A DNA stretch of 64,000 bases, taken from positions 1 to 64,000 of the IMG/VR virus record IMGVR_UViG_3300037797_000133. The stretch is one strand, 5' to 3'. Positions 62,733-64,000 of this stretch are shown piece by piece. The notes beneath the pieces are model-generated. The model was not told the DNA's origin. It did no database searches and worked only from the letters and a program-made list of their open reading frames with translations. Each line of letters opens with the position of its first letter. Within the stretch, counting starts at the first letter, position 1. A program made the translations under genes and the position numbers. This DNA is from a virus. Its lineage: Duplodnaviria; Caudoviricetes.

Positions 62733-63689
62733 ATGACCCAACCGGCCGAGGTCGAACGCACAGCCCAACAGCTGATTGCCCTCTACGAGCGGGCACAGGA
62801 CGACATCCGGGCCGAGCTCGAAGCGATCGCCGCCACGCCGTCGAAGGCGGGGCAGCGCAGACGGCTGCGGGCAGCGGCGGCCGAGGTGCAACGGCAGCTC
62901 GACGCGCTCGAGGCTACGACGGCGACGTGGCTGACGACGCAGCTCCCGTACGTCTACGAGCTGGGGGCGACGGCGACGAGCGTGCAGATGGGCGAAGCGT
63001 TCGTGTGGACCAGCTCGCACGCCAACGCTGTGCAGCAGCTGGCGACCCGCACGTGGGACGAGCTGCTGTCGGCGACCACCTACACCCGCGAGGAGACGAA
63101 GCGTTGGCTTCGGGACCAGGTGCGCCGCCAGGCAGGCCTGTCGCTCGTCGAGGGGCGCACCTCCCAGCAGGCGGCCCGTGCCCTCGTAGGGGCCGCTGGA
63201 GAGGCCGTAGAGGCGATCGGGGCGCCGGTGGGCTACGTCCGCTACAAGGACGGCAGCTACCGGACCCTCGCCGACTACGCCGACACGGCGCTCCGCACCG
63301 AGGTAGCGGTCGCCCACAACGCCGGCAGCCTCAACCAGATGGCCGCCCTGAACGTCACCCATGCCGAGTGCGTCGACGGCATGGGGTGCGGGCTGACCAG
63401 CCACGACGACGGCAACCCAGCCAACGGCAAGGTGTTCCCGATCGCCACGGCCATGTCCTACCCGACCGCGCATCCCCGCTGCCGCCGTAGCTGGATCGCC
63501 CGTCCGGAAGTGCGGTCGGCCGCCGAGGCGAGGGCCGCCGAGCCGCTGCGCTCACCCGAGCAGATGGCCGACCAGGCTGCCGCCGAGGTGGAGCGGGCGC
63601 GGACGCTCACGCAGCGCCGGACGAACCGCCAGGCGCGGGCCGCCCGTGCGCCGAGGGCCCCTCGGAGTCCGCGGCGCGCAGCATCCTGA
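62733..63689 (+). CDS. Minor capsid / head morphogenesis (MuF-like) protein
   Basis: ALRTEVAVAHNAG, C-terminal TAHPRCRR. Confidence 0.78.
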   Translation: MTQPAEVERTAQQLIALYERAQDDIRAELEAIAATPSKAGQRRRLRAAAAEVQRQLDALEATTATWLTTQLPYVYELGATATSVQMGEAFVWTSSHANAVQQLATRTWDELLSATTYTREETKRWLRDQVRRQAGLSLVEGRTSQQAARALVGAAGEAVEAIGAPVGYVRYKDGSYRTLADYADTALRTEVAVAHNAGSLNQMAALNVTHAECVDGMGCGLTSHDDGNPANGKVFPIATAMSYPTAHPRCRRSWIARPEVRSAAEARAAEPLRSPEQMADQAAAEVERARTLTQRRTNRQARAARAPRAPRSPRRAAS

Positions 63690-63843
63690 CCCCGCCGACG
63701 ATCCCGCAGAACGAGGCGACGAACAGGGCGAGGACCTCCCAACCCTCGGACGCCTCCGGGTCGGAGAAGAACTGCCACAGGAAGAACGGCGTCACGGCGA
63801 CGCCGAACGCGATGGTGATGAAGGCTCGTGTGCGCTGGCTCAC
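63607..63843 (-). CDS. Small two-TM membrane protein, opposite strand
   Basis: AFITIAFGVAVTPFFLWQF and VLALFVASFCGIVGG; start uncertain. Confidence 0.4.
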   Translation of the reverse strand: MSQRTRAFITIAFGVAVTPFFLWQFFSDPEASEGWEVLALFVASFCGIVGGVRMLRAADSEGPSAHGRPAPGGSSGAA

Positions 63844-64000
63844 GCCGCGCACGGTACGACGCCGACCACTCACAGTCACTGGCATCGGCTGCATCCGGCA
63901 CGCGACCGCAACAGCGGCGCAGCGTCGAGCGATGGCCAGCACCAAGTTCTCCCTCGTCGCCACCCCCGTCGGGTTGGGCCGATGCGTCCTCGACCTGGGC

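Noticed and set aside
1-64000. CRISPR array
   Set aside because: No identical repeats separated by unique spacers; the Cas4-like gene sits in a phage recombination context

Overview
This high-GC window (about 70%, judged by eye) looks like most of one temperate tailed phage genome of an Actinomycetota host (WhiB, DUF2637, leaderless promoters). It is circularly permuted. It opens at the end of the lysis module with a holin-like gene. Next come a DUF262/HTH cassette, a ~1 kb structured non-coding island with tRNA-Pro and a tRNA-Trp-like gene, and a leftward arm ending in a Cre-like tyrosine recombinase. After that lie an HTH-peptide deformylase fusion and a rightward ~8 kb operon resembling the transfer region of actinomycete conjugative elements (many small membrane proteins, DUF2637, TraB/FtsK, clt-like repeats). 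Then follow a second leftward arm, a central large serine recombinase with paralogous divergent XRE regulators, and recombination/replication genes with an intragenic iteron array. Five DNA methyltransferases are spread over the right half, along with WhiB, terminase, a sortase-anchored moron, portal, scaffold, decoration, major capsid and fibre genes. The best candidate for an undescribed system is a virion-encoding phage that also carries a TraB-type conjugative DNA-transfer module, including two Walker-B-only mini-paralogues of TraB. The tRNA-linked pseudoknotted RNA island and the HTH-deformylase fusion come next. All calls are from manual motif reading with no database searches. Start codons were often re-chosen by hand.
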